From contig JALUXZ010000070.1 in the NCBI GenBank assembly GCA_027018935.1, forward strand, positions 6,014 through 70,013: a stretch of DNA of 64,000 bases, in the 5' to 3' direction. Below the pieces are notes generated by a model, which worked only from the letters and a program-made list of their open reading frames with translations, was not told where the DNA came from and searched no databases. The position numbers and the translations under genes are program-made. Positions 55,013 to 63,166 of the stretch are shown here, piece after piece (the first letter of the stretch is position 1; each line of letters opens with the position of its first letter). Source of the stretch: Mariprofundaceae bacterium (GTDB lineage Bacteria; Pseudomonadota; Zetaproteobacteria; Mariprofundales; Mariprofundaceae).

Positions 55013-55782
55013 TTAAGAGGGTAGAGGGTGGTTTTAGTTTGCTGGAGCTGTCTGTAGTTTTGGTCGTAATGGGGTCAGTTTTATCCATTGCAACATTTTC
55101 CTATGGGTATGTTTTGAGGAAGGTAGACCAAGCGAAAACAGCCCGCAGTATGGATGAGGTTCAAAATGCTTTATTGACCTTCGTGATAACCAACCATCGC
55201 CTTCCCTGTGCAGATACGGATGGTAATGGTTACGAAGGTACTGGTTTGCCAGCAAGCTGTTTGTCAGCGCAAAGTGACAAGGCTGGTGGATTACCTTTTA
55301 AAACATTGTTTTTAGATTCTGAGCCGTTTGATGCGGCGCATCATAAATTTCGCTATGGCGTTTATCGAAATAGTGCTAGTTCAGCTGATTTGGCAACGAA
55401 TACTGAACGTACAGGAGATGCCGCAACTACGGAAAGGTTTCAGAATCTGGATGATTTTATTCAGGCTTTGCGTAATGCACAGGGGGTGAGCCCTTTATTA
55501 GCGACGCAGGTGTTTGTTACAGGTGATGGGGTTAGTAGTGGAGCGATACAGTGCGCCACTAACATTGTAGCGAATGTTGCTTATGTTTTGATAAGTGGTG
55601 GGGATGATGATTTAGATGGGTTAAATGGATATTTGGATGGGGCGAATGGGGCATTTGGTGGGGCGGTGACATGTTCGGAGTCGCCTTTTCGTGTTTCATC
55701 TGGATTGTATGATGATCAGGTTATGGTTGAAAGTTTTGTGGGTTTAACAGGTAAACTCCTAAAGTTGCCAAAAAGGCTTTGA
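55009..55782 (+). CDS. Minor pilin-like protein (prepilin N-terminus, Cys-containing)
   Basis: MIKRVEGG/FSLLELSVVLVVMG. The NHRLPCADTDGNG...C and RYGVYRN blocks are shared with the ORF starting at 63166. Confidence 0.7.
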   Translation: MIKRVEGGFSLLELSVVLVVMGSVLSIATFSYGYVLRKVDQAKTARSMDEVQNALLTFVITNHRLPCADTDGNGYEGTGLPASCLSAQSDKAGGLPFKTLFLDSEPFDAAHHKFRYGVYRNSASSADLATNTERTGDAATTERFQNLDDFIQALRNAQGVSPLLATQVFVTGDGVSSGAIQCATNIVANVAYVLISGGDDDLDGLNGYLDGANGAFGGAVTCSESPFRVSSGLYDDQVMVESFVGLTGKLLKLPKRL

Positions 55783-55809
55783 ATTTTTTAGATAAATGGG
55801 TGGTTTTTT

Positions 55810-57564
55810 ATGAATATTGTACGAATAACAGGCGTAATCATATTGATGGCTTTAACGAGTTGCCAAGGCGCGCACAAAATCCCTGAAGCAGCTGAAAATA
55901 GTCATTATAATGAGCAGTTGAAGAAGGATCAGCGAGCTCAAACTGATGCTTTGCACCAAAACCTTGTTGAAAACAATCAAAATTTTTATCGCATGCAAGA
56001 TAAACTTCGGGCTGATATCGAGAAAATAAGCACGCCACCGCAAGTTTTTGTTCCAGTCATTCCCACTTATAATCCATTGGACAATGTGAGGGTTACGATA
56101 GATATTGATAACGGCGATGTTCAGTTTGTTTTGCAAGCTTTGGCTCGTCAGGCAGGGATGAATTTGTTGCTGCATCCAAATTTATCTAGCTCAAAGCGGA
56201 AGATTAGTTTGCACTTTTTTGATGTGGAGGCATCAAGAGTGTTTGAAGAAGTGCTTCGTATTACGGATCTTCATGGTGAAGTGAAAGGCAATATGCTGGT
56301 TGTTAATCCTTACGAAGAAAAGATTTTGTCAGTTAACTTCATTGAGACTTCTGTGGTTGGTGATTTCTCATCAGGTGGTGACGTGCTTGGTTCTGGGCAA
56401 GCCACGGGTTCTGGGAGTTCTGGAGGCTCTGGGGGTTCTGGAAATTCGAGTAGTGGTGGTAGTAGCTTAACAGGGAACTTTAGAATCACGGGTAGCAGCG
56501 CGCCTAACTCAAATGCCTATGATCAACTGGAAAGTATGTTGAAGCGTATGGTTGGTAATCATGACAATTCAGCATCAAGTGGTGTTATATCTGCCAGTTC
56601 ACTGCGAGAAGTCGGCGTTAAATCAATGCTGCAAAGTGCTAAGCAGGTTGAAACTGCGAAATACGTGTTAAACAGACGTGCAGGAACGCTATATATTCAG
56701 GCTAAACCGTCAGTTGTGAATGCAGTTAGTAAGATTGTTGAACGCTATCGTGAAGTCTTGGCTAGACAGATATTAATCGAGACACAAATTTTAGAAGTAA
56801 GTTTGAATGATAAATACCAGTATGGTATTGATTGGGCAAATTTCAGAGGTCGGTTTGCAACCAGTTATGCTGGAGCCCAGCAGCTGTCACCAGTTTCGGG
56901 AACTTTGCCTAATTTGATTCCAGGAGCAGCTGGGGTGACTATTCCTATGGGTGGTCTTGGTGTTCTTGGACGGGCATTAGGCATATCGTATGCGGATGGA
57001 GGTCTTGGCGTTAGTGTAAGTCTTTTAAAAGGCTATGGTGATGTCCATGTTCTATCTAATCCGACAATAAGGGCGATGAATTCGCAGCCATCATTAATCA
57101 GTGTTGGCAGAACCAATACGTACATTGCCAAGACCTCAGTGACAACGGCAACGGCAGTGACAACGACAGGTGTTGTGTCATCAGATGTGACTGTAAACTC
57201 TGTTTTTAATGGTTTGATTTTAGGCGTGATTCCGTCGATTGCAGATAGTGGTGAAATTACTTTGTCTATTCATCCGATTCAAAGTGAGGTTGATCAAAAT
57301 AGTATTGATACGCTTATTGATGTTGGCGGTAATAGCAAAATTACTTTGCCACGCGTTGATATTAAAGAGATTAGTACCACTATTAAGTTGAATGATGGCG
57401 ATACAGTGATTCTTGGTGGTTTGATTGATAAGTCTAAAACATCGAGTAATGAGGGTGTCCCATTTCTTTCAGAGATTCCTGTTCTTGGGAATTTATTTAA
57501 ATCTAAGCGTGGTTCAACAGCAGTCCGTGAGATGGTTATTGTGATGAGAGTTCATCTATTGTGA
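55810..57564 (+). CDS. Lipoprotein secretin (MshL/PilQ-like)
   Basis: Lipobox LMALTS-C. A 26-aa Gly/Ser linker. Secretin core VLSNPTIRAMNSQPSLISVG ... GVPFLSEIPVLGNLFKS. Confidence 0.9.
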   Translation: MNIVRITGVIILMALTSCQGAHKIPEAAENSHYNEQLKKDQRAQTDALHQNLVENNQNFYRMQDKLRADIEKISTPPQVFVPVIPTYNPLDNVRVTIDIDNGDVQFVLQALARQAGMNLLLHPNLSSSKRKISLHFFDVEASRVFEEVLRITDLHGEVKGNMLVVNPYEEKILSVNFIETSVVGDFSSGGDVLGSGQATGSGSSGGSGGSGNSSSGGSSLTGNFRITGSSAPNSNAYDQLESMLKRMVGNHDNSASSGVISASSLREVGVKSMLQSAKQVETAKYVLNRRAGTLYIQAKPSVVNAVSKIVERYREVLARQILIETQILEVSLNDKYQYGIDWANFRGRFATSYAGAQQLSPVSGTLPNLIPGAAGVTIPMGGLGVLGRALGISYADGGLGVSVSLLKGYGDVHVLSNPTIRAMNSQPSLISVGRTNTYIAKTSVTTATAVTTTGVVSSDVTVNSVFNGLILGVIPSIADSGEITLSIHPIQSEVDQNSIDTLIDVGGNSKITLPRVDIKEISTTIKLNDGDTVILGGLIDKSKTSSNEGVPFLSEIPVLGNLFKSKRGSTAVREMVIVMRVHLL

Positions 57565-58514
57565 GTGTTATTTTTGATGCATTGCGTGAATTAGACCATG
57601 AAAAACCGAGTGGTTCGCGCGAAGGCTTTGCTGAGGTTAGTGATGCTAAAGACAGGCATGGCTTCTCAGCTTGGGCTCGAAGGGGGTTGTTGCTTCTGGC
57701 GCTTGGAGTTACGAGTGTTATAGGCTTTTCTGTGTGGAATAATTACAGCAAACAGCTGAAAGAAGTTGCTGCAGAAAAGAATATTCAGACTGAAATTACA
57801 CGACGAGTTGATTTTAAAAGCATGCCTCAAGACACTGCTGTGACGAAGCCTGTGACTGCAGATGCCTTGGAGAAACCAATATTGATAGGGGGGCGTGCGG
57901 ACGAACGAGTTGTGACCGTTAAAGGTGAAAAATTGTCGCAGTTAAAGACAGAGGCTACGGTACAGTCCACCAAACAGCCGTCTATGAAGCAGGGAGTTAC
58001 TACTTCCCAGCCTGTGAGCGTAGCTGTTTCAAATCAGCCAAGGACGTATGCTGTAAAGCAAACTTCTGCTGCATCAGCTAATCAGGTGGTAGTAAAAGCA
58101 AGGCAGACCCCTGCTGTTAGGCAGGGAAAGAGTTCTTTTCAAATGCAATATAATATATCGCAATTGATACCTCGTCTGAAGCTAGCTATGGCACAAAAAA
58201 ATGAAGCCTTGGTGGCTAAATATCTTGATGAATTGGCTGAAATGAGCGGCGATGAAAGTGTTTTTGTTAATAAAATGCGTGCATATTGGGCTTTAAGTAA
58301 TGGGCATTTTGATGAAGCGTTTTCACGTTATCAGAGTATTATTGCTCAGAACCCAAATGATATTGAAAGCCAAATGAATGCAGCGTCGGCAGAAATGCAG
58401 TTGAAGCACTTTGAGAATGCTTATAAGAGACTTGTTATGTTGGCAGGTAAGCATCCTAATGATGCGCGAGTTAGCTCGATGCTTGATCGGTTGAAGGCGA
58501 TATATCCATTATGA
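57561..58514 (+). CDS. Bitopic TPR protein (MshN-like position)
   Basis: One TM helix (LLLLALGVTSVIGFSVW), a Ser/Thr/Gln-rich spacer and C-terminal TPR-like helices (YWALSNGHFDEAFSRYQSIIAQNPND). GTG start. Confidence 0.55.
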   Translation: MSVIFDALRELDHEKPSGSREGFAEVSDAKDRHGFSAWARRGLLLLALGVTSVIGFSVWNNYSKQLKEVAAEKNIQTEITRRVDFKSMPQDTAVTKPVTADALEKPILIGGRADERVVTVKGEKLSQLKTEATVQSTKQPSMKQGVTTSQPVSVAVSNQPRTYAVKQTSAASANQVVVKARQTPAVRQGKSSFQMQYNISQLIPRLKLAMAQKNEALVAKYLDELAEMSGDESVFVNKMRAYWALSNGHFDEAFSRYQSIIAQNPNDIESQMNAASAEMQLKHFENAYKRLVMLAGKHPNDARVSSMLDRLKAIYPL

Positions 58515-60184
58515 GTTCGCATGAATATTTGTCGCGATTGGGCCTGGATAGTAACCCATTCCCAGTTGTTCCAGACGCGAGCAATTATTATTTGCCAGAG
58601 CACCTTAATACTATCCTGCTCGAAATTATCCATGTGATCGATACTCGAAAGGGTTTTGCTGTTGTAATCGGTGATATAGGTCTGGGTAAAACGACCATGA
58701 CGCGCGTGTTGATGGGGAGGTTACATGATTTAGGGATGTCTACCTCATTGGTTTTTAATACGATCAATCAAGGTGAGATGCTGCTTGCTGAGATTAATAA
58801 AGATTTTGGAATTAAAGTATCTGGTGAGGGGCTAGCCGCTCAAATGAATGCGCTCAATATGCACCTTCTGGCGTGTTATGAGAAAGGTGAAAATTGTGCA
58901 ATTGTTATTGATGATGCGCAGCATTTGACAGTGGATAGCCTTGAATTGATTCGTCAAATATCCAATTTGGAAACAGATCATGAGAAAATAGTTCAAATTC
59001 TTCTCGTGGGTCAACCAGAATTGAATGAGAAACTTCAACAGCATGGGTTAAGGCAATTAAAAAGTCGTATTGTTTATCAAGCTACGGTGCGGTTATATAG
59101 CCAGGAAGAGACTCAGCATTATGTAAATTTTAAATTAAATGCTGCAGGCAATAAAGGCTTAATTCAAATTCCAGCATCATCTATACGCGTTTTACAACGC
59201 ATAAGTGGCGGTAGTCCGCGCTTAATCAATGCTATGATGGATCGTTACTTATATGGATTGGTGGCTTGTCGCTGCAAGAAGCTGAATGGCAAGCAATTTA
59301 GGGCAATAGCCTTGGAATCGGGGCTTTTTGCGGTGCCGAATAAATACGCGTTAAGCTCTTGGCTGGGTTGGGGGGCTGGGTCTGTATTGGTTGCGATTGC
59401 AGCGTCACTATTATTTTTTGGAAACACCCAGAAAAACAATAGTTTTTCTGTCGCAGAATTGATTCCTGCGTTTACTGGTAGGGCGAATACTGCGGAGTTA
59501 TTTAAGGCGGATACGAAGTTAAATTCGGAAGGGGACGAGCCGATAAAAGTGCCCGCAGAAGAAGCTGTAGTTAGTATGAAACATCAATTGTCATCTAAGA
59601 GTGACATTGAGGTTGATGGGAGCTCTGAAGAAGCCTTGTCTATTAAAGATCCGTTGCTATCACAGTTTTTAAATGACTACGATTATGCTGCACATCAAAA
59701 GCTCTTCATTACGGCGATTAGTCAGGGAATGCCAGACTCAGAGGTTAAGAAAATAAACAAGCTTGGCGAGTTGAAGCTTATTATATTGCCCAATGTTAGC
59801 GAAAAACTACGCCAACAATTTTCAATTTATACCATGGCACCCACAGAGTTAAGCAGTATGAAATATTTATTTCTGTGGAACCCAAGCTTGGTATTGGAAG
59901 GTTTCTATTTTGGTTATCAGTCAGATTCCGTAAAACAATTGCAGCAGAGGCTTTCGGCATTGAATTTTTATACGGATGTGGTTGATGGTGTTGTGGGCAT
60001 CAAAACAATGTCCGCAGTTGCACGTTTTCAAGCTGCTCATAAATTAATGCCTACAGGTCAGCCTGATAATGCAATGTTATTTTTGCTAGATCAGGAAAAC
60101 CAGCAGGTACATGCTGAGAATTTAACGATGAATATTACAGGTCAATTAAAAGTATTGAATATAGGTGTAGTCAGCTATGGATGA
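58511..60184 (+). CDS. ExeA/MshM-like AAA+ ATPase with a C-terminal peptidoglycan-binding domain
   Basis: Walker A GDIGLGKTT, Walker B AIVIDDAQHL, a TM helix (GAGSVLVAIAASLLFF) and a PG_binding_1-like end LQQRLSALNFYTDVVDGVVGIKTMSAVARFQ. Confidence 0.8.
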   Translation: MSSHEYLSRLGLDSNPFPVVPDASNYYLPEHLNTILLEIIHVIDTRKGFAVVIGDIGLGKTTMTRVLMGRLHDLGMSTSLVFNTINQGEMLLAEINKDFGIKVSGEGLAAQMNALNMHLLACYEKGENCAIVIDDAQHLTVDSLELIRQISNLETDHEKIVQILLVGQPELNEKLQQHGLRQLKSRIVYQATVRLYSQEETQHYVNFKLNAAGNKGLIQIPASSIRVLQRISGGSPRLINAMMDRYLYGLVACRCKKLNGKQFRAIALESGLFAVPNKYALSSWLGWGAGSVLVAIAASLLFFGNTQKNNSFSVAELIPAFTGRANTAELFKADTKLNSEGDEPIKVPAEEAVVSMKHQLSSKSDIEVDGSSEEALSIKDPLLSQFLNDYDYAAHQKLFITAISQGMPDSEVKKINKLGELKLIILPNVSEKLRQQFSIYTMAPTELSSMKYLFLWNPSLVLEGFYFGYQSDSVKQLQQRLSALNFYTDVVDGVVGIKTMSAVARFQAAHKLMPTGQPDNAMLFLLDQENQQVHAENLTMNITGQLKVLNIGVVSYG

Positions 60185-61928
60185 AAAGCAATGGATACCA
60201 AAAGAGGATACACTTTCTGCAACTGTTGTGACTCGCCTCACAGCGCATGAACGAGACCGTTTAAAAACAATGGCAGGAAAAGCCCACCAAAGTATTGGTG
60301 TGCTTCTCAAAGAACAAGGTATGGTTAATGAGGAACAAATTAATTATGCTTTGCAGAAGCAAAGAGTTACAGGAGAACGTTTAGGAGAATTATTCGAGCG
60401 TTTAGGTTTTGTTAGCGGTTATGATGTTGCGAGGATGTTGGCAGATCAAGAAGCCTTGGATTTTGTTGATGTTCGCCAAATTGTTCCACAAGAAGATGCG
60501 TTGCAACTTTTTAATATGAAACAATGTTTGGTTGAGCATTTTTTACCTATTCGCCGGGATGGGGATGAACTTGAGGTGGTTTGTGCAAGCACCAACCTTG
60601 CACATTTACGTCAAATTGTCCTATCTCGATGTGGTTTACGCCCACGCTTTACTTACGGGCAGCGTTCTGAAATTCATCAAACTATCCGTCAATATTATTT
60701 CTTCCTTGAAAATCCATTAGAAAGCTTACTAGAGAAGGAAATTACGCTTGCAACGAGTGATGTTGAGATGGTTCGCAGTCTCGATACCTTATTAGACCAC
60801 TTGTTGCATTTAGCTGTGAAGTATAGAGCAACAGATATTCATATTCAGCCTGAAGAGAAAAGTATTCACGTATCATTTCGTATTGATGGCGTATTAAGAC
60901 CAATACTTTGTATGGATAGGTGTTTGAAGCGTTTGGTTTCAACGATAAAAATGAAATCAGGGATTGATATTGCTGAGCAACGATTGCCGCAAGATGGTAG
61001 TTTTACTGAAAATATACTTGATCATACTTATGATTTGCGTGTTTCTACTGTTGTTGGCATGCATGGTGAAGCGGCTGTAATGCGTATTTTAAAACGCGAT
61101 AATGCTGTTAAAGGCTTTGCAGAGTTAGGCTTTGCTGATGTGGATAGAGTTTTATTGAATCGCATGTTTTCCCAGCCATCGGGAATGATTTTACTTACAG
61201 GTCCAACGGGATCGGGCAAAACGACATCACTTTATGCAGGACTTCGATCCATGAATTTATTGCAAAAGAATGTACTGACGATTGAAAACCCTGTCGAATA
61301 CCAAATTCCTATGGCAACTCAAACGGAAGTGAATCGTCGTTCAGGTTACAGTTTTGAACATGCAATTATGCATTTTTTACGACATGATCCTGATGTTATG
61401 CTAGTTGGGGAAATACGTAATATTGAAACTGCAACGACAGCCGTAACGGCAGCGGAGACAGGACACCTAGTATTATCGACACTGCATGTAAATAGTGCAT
61501 ACGGGGTTATCCCACGATTAATATCATTGGGTGTATCGCCACATTTGTTGGCAGATTCTTTGGTGGGCATCATCAATCAGCGCTTAGTTCGGACTATTTG
61601 TGGCAGCTGTAAAACTCAATATACAGCGAGTAAAGAAGAGCAGGCTTACTTGGGTGATGATAGTATTGAAACGTTACAGCGTGGCGTAGGTTGTGAAACA
61701 TGCCGTGGTACTGGTTATGTGGGGCGTATGCCCATTTATGAGGCAATAGGCATGGCAAAAGGTATGCCCGAAATGATTGTTGATGGCAAAAGTAGAAGTG
61801 CATTTGAGGCTCTGGCTGAAAAGAATGGTTTTAAATCAATTTTTTCAATGGCCGTTGAACAAGTGGCAAAAGGTTTTGTATCTGTTGATGAGATAAAACG
61901 CGTTTTGGGCGATGACCTAAGACGATGA
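60177..61928 (+). CDS. MshE/PilB/GspE-family assembly ATPase with an MshEN-type N-terminal domain
   Basis: Walker A GPTGSGKTT, Walker B LVGEIRN and a CGSC...CETC motif. The N-terminus carries two tandem 24-aa MshEN-like motifs. Confidence 0.9.
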   Translation: MDEKQWIPKEDTLSATVVTRLTAHERDRLKTMAGKAHQSIGVLLKEQGMVNEEQINYALQKQRVTGERLGELFERLGFVSGYDVARMLADQEALDFVDVRQIVPQEDALQLFNMKQCLVEHFLPIRRDGDELEVVCASTNLAHLRQIVLSRCGLRPRFTYGQRSEIHQTIRQYYFFLENPLESLLEKEITLATSDVEMVRSLDTLLDHLLHLAVKYRATDIHIQPEEKSIHVSFRIDGVLRPILCMDRCLKRLVSTIKMKSGIDIAEQRLPQDGSFTENILDHTYDLRVSTVVGMHGEAAVMRILKRDNAVKGFAELGFADVDRVLLNRMFSQPSGMILLTGPTGSGKTTSLYAGLRSMNLLQKNVLTIENPVEYQIPMATQTEVNRRSGYSFEHAIMHFLRHDPDVMLVGEIRNIETATTAVTAAETGHLVLSTLHVNSAYGVIPRLISLGVSPHLLADSLVGIINQRLVRTICGSCKTQYTASKEEQAYLGDDSIETLQRGVGCETCRGTGYVGRMPIYEAIGMAKGMPEMIVDGKSRSAFEALAEKNGFKSIFSMAVEQVAKGFVSVDEIKRVLGDDLRR

Positions 61929-63166
61929 ATTACTTTGTTTTTAAACTTCTACAGGATGATGGTCGACTTTTTCGGGGAATTATCATGCGACCTCACGGCA
62001 ATATTGCTTCGGCTCGAGTATACCTTGAGCAGCGGTATGATATGCCAGTTTTATCATTGTGGCGGATGCCATTATTTCTTAAAGAAATGTATGTTTTTTT
62101 TACGCGCATGTTTAGGAAACCTGTTAAGACTGCGGATGTCTCGGAATTTTTACGCAATCTTTCAGTGATGTTGAGAAGTGGTATACCTGTGATGGAGGCA
62201 TTGAATGACGCGGCAGATGATTCTAAAGGATCCCCTCTTCAGTCGGTGACAGAGGATATATATCTGGGCATTGAGTCTGGCATGTCTTTGTCTATGGGGA
62301 TGGCTCGACATCCAGACATTTTTCCCAACACCGTTCTTTTTTTAGCTCGTATTGGTGAAACATCAGGTTGTTTAGACCGGACGTTAATGGATGCGGCAAA
62401 ACACTTGGAGCGTTTGCGTAATATGCAGCGAGATACAAAACGTGCCTTGATTTATCCAGTTTTTGTTTTTACGACCATTTTTTTTGCAGCTGCATTTTGG
62501 ATGGTTTACGTGGTTCCAGGCATGGCTGATTTATTTCATTCGATGAGCGCAACTTTACCGCCCTTAACATTAACATTGATTTGGTTGTCTGAATTTCTAC
62601 AAGAAAATCTTTTTATGATTATGGTGGTATTGGTATGTTTTATTTTATTTATTATTTATCAGATACGAAATCATTATAAATCGCGTTTAGTTTTTCAACG
62701 TATATTGATGCGCATACCAGTGAGTAAGGGGTTGATTGAGTCGTCATCGCAGGCCTATCTTTCTGAGTATTTAAGCCTTTTGATTGCTTCGGGTATTGAT
62801 ATTTTGAGTAGCTTGGAAATTTTAGAAGGTGCCATGAGCAATGAAGTGTATAAGCTAAAAGTTGCAGCCATGCGTAATGGAGTTATCAAAGGACATTCAC
62901 TTGAACGCACATTTCGTAATGCAAATATTTTCCCCAAATTTGTTATTCGTATGATTGCGGTGGGGGAGCAAAGCGGAACGCTTACAGAACAGTTGGATTA
63001 TATTGCAACAGAATATCGTTTACGTTTGGAGCACACAATTCAATCATTGGCAGAGACATTGAAGCCAGCTGTGATTATTGTTGCGGGCATTTTGTTTGGA
63101 GTTATTATTGCAGGCTTATTTTTGCCTGTTTATCAATTAATTGGACAAGTGGGGACATTGCGATAA
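61925..63166 (+). CDS. PilC/MshG/GspF-family platform protein
   Basis: 413 aa, duplicated T2SSF-type domain, three TM helices, coupled to the ATPase gene. Confidence 0.9.
   Translation: MNYFVFKLLQDDGRLFRGIIMRPHGNIASARVYLEQRYDMPVLSLWRMPLFLKEMYVFFTRMFRKPVKTADVSEFLRNLSVMLRSGIPVMEALNDAADDSKGSPLQSVTEDIYLGIESGMSLSMGMARHPDIFPNTVLFLARIGETSGCLDRTLMDAAKHLERLRNMQRDTKRALIYPVFVFTTIFFAAAFWMVYVVPGMADLFHSMSATLPPLTLTLIWLSEFLQENLFMIMVVLVCFILFIIYQIRNHYKSRLVFQRILMRIPVSKGLIESSSQAYLSEYLSLLIASGIDILSSLEILEGAMSNEVYKLKVAAMRNGVIKGHSLERTFRNANIFPKFVIRMIAVGEQSGTLTEQLDYIATEYRLRLEHTIQSLAETLKPAVIIVAGILFGVIIAGLFLPVYQLIGQVGTLR

Noticed and set aside
56390-56470. The Gly/Ser-coding stretch in the secretin gene, considered as a possible tandem DNA repeat or contingency locus.
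   Set aside because: The nucleotide sequence is not an exact short tandem repeat because mixed GGT, TCT, GGA and AGT codons are used. Slippage-driven length variation is therefore unlikely. It is kept only as a protein-level linker note.
62094-62485. T7-T8 homopolymers inside the platform-protein gene, at 62094-62101 and 62478-62485.
   Set aside because: They are mid-gene runs of Phe codons in TM helices of an AT-rich genome. They are not at 5' ends and give no indication of phase-variable function.
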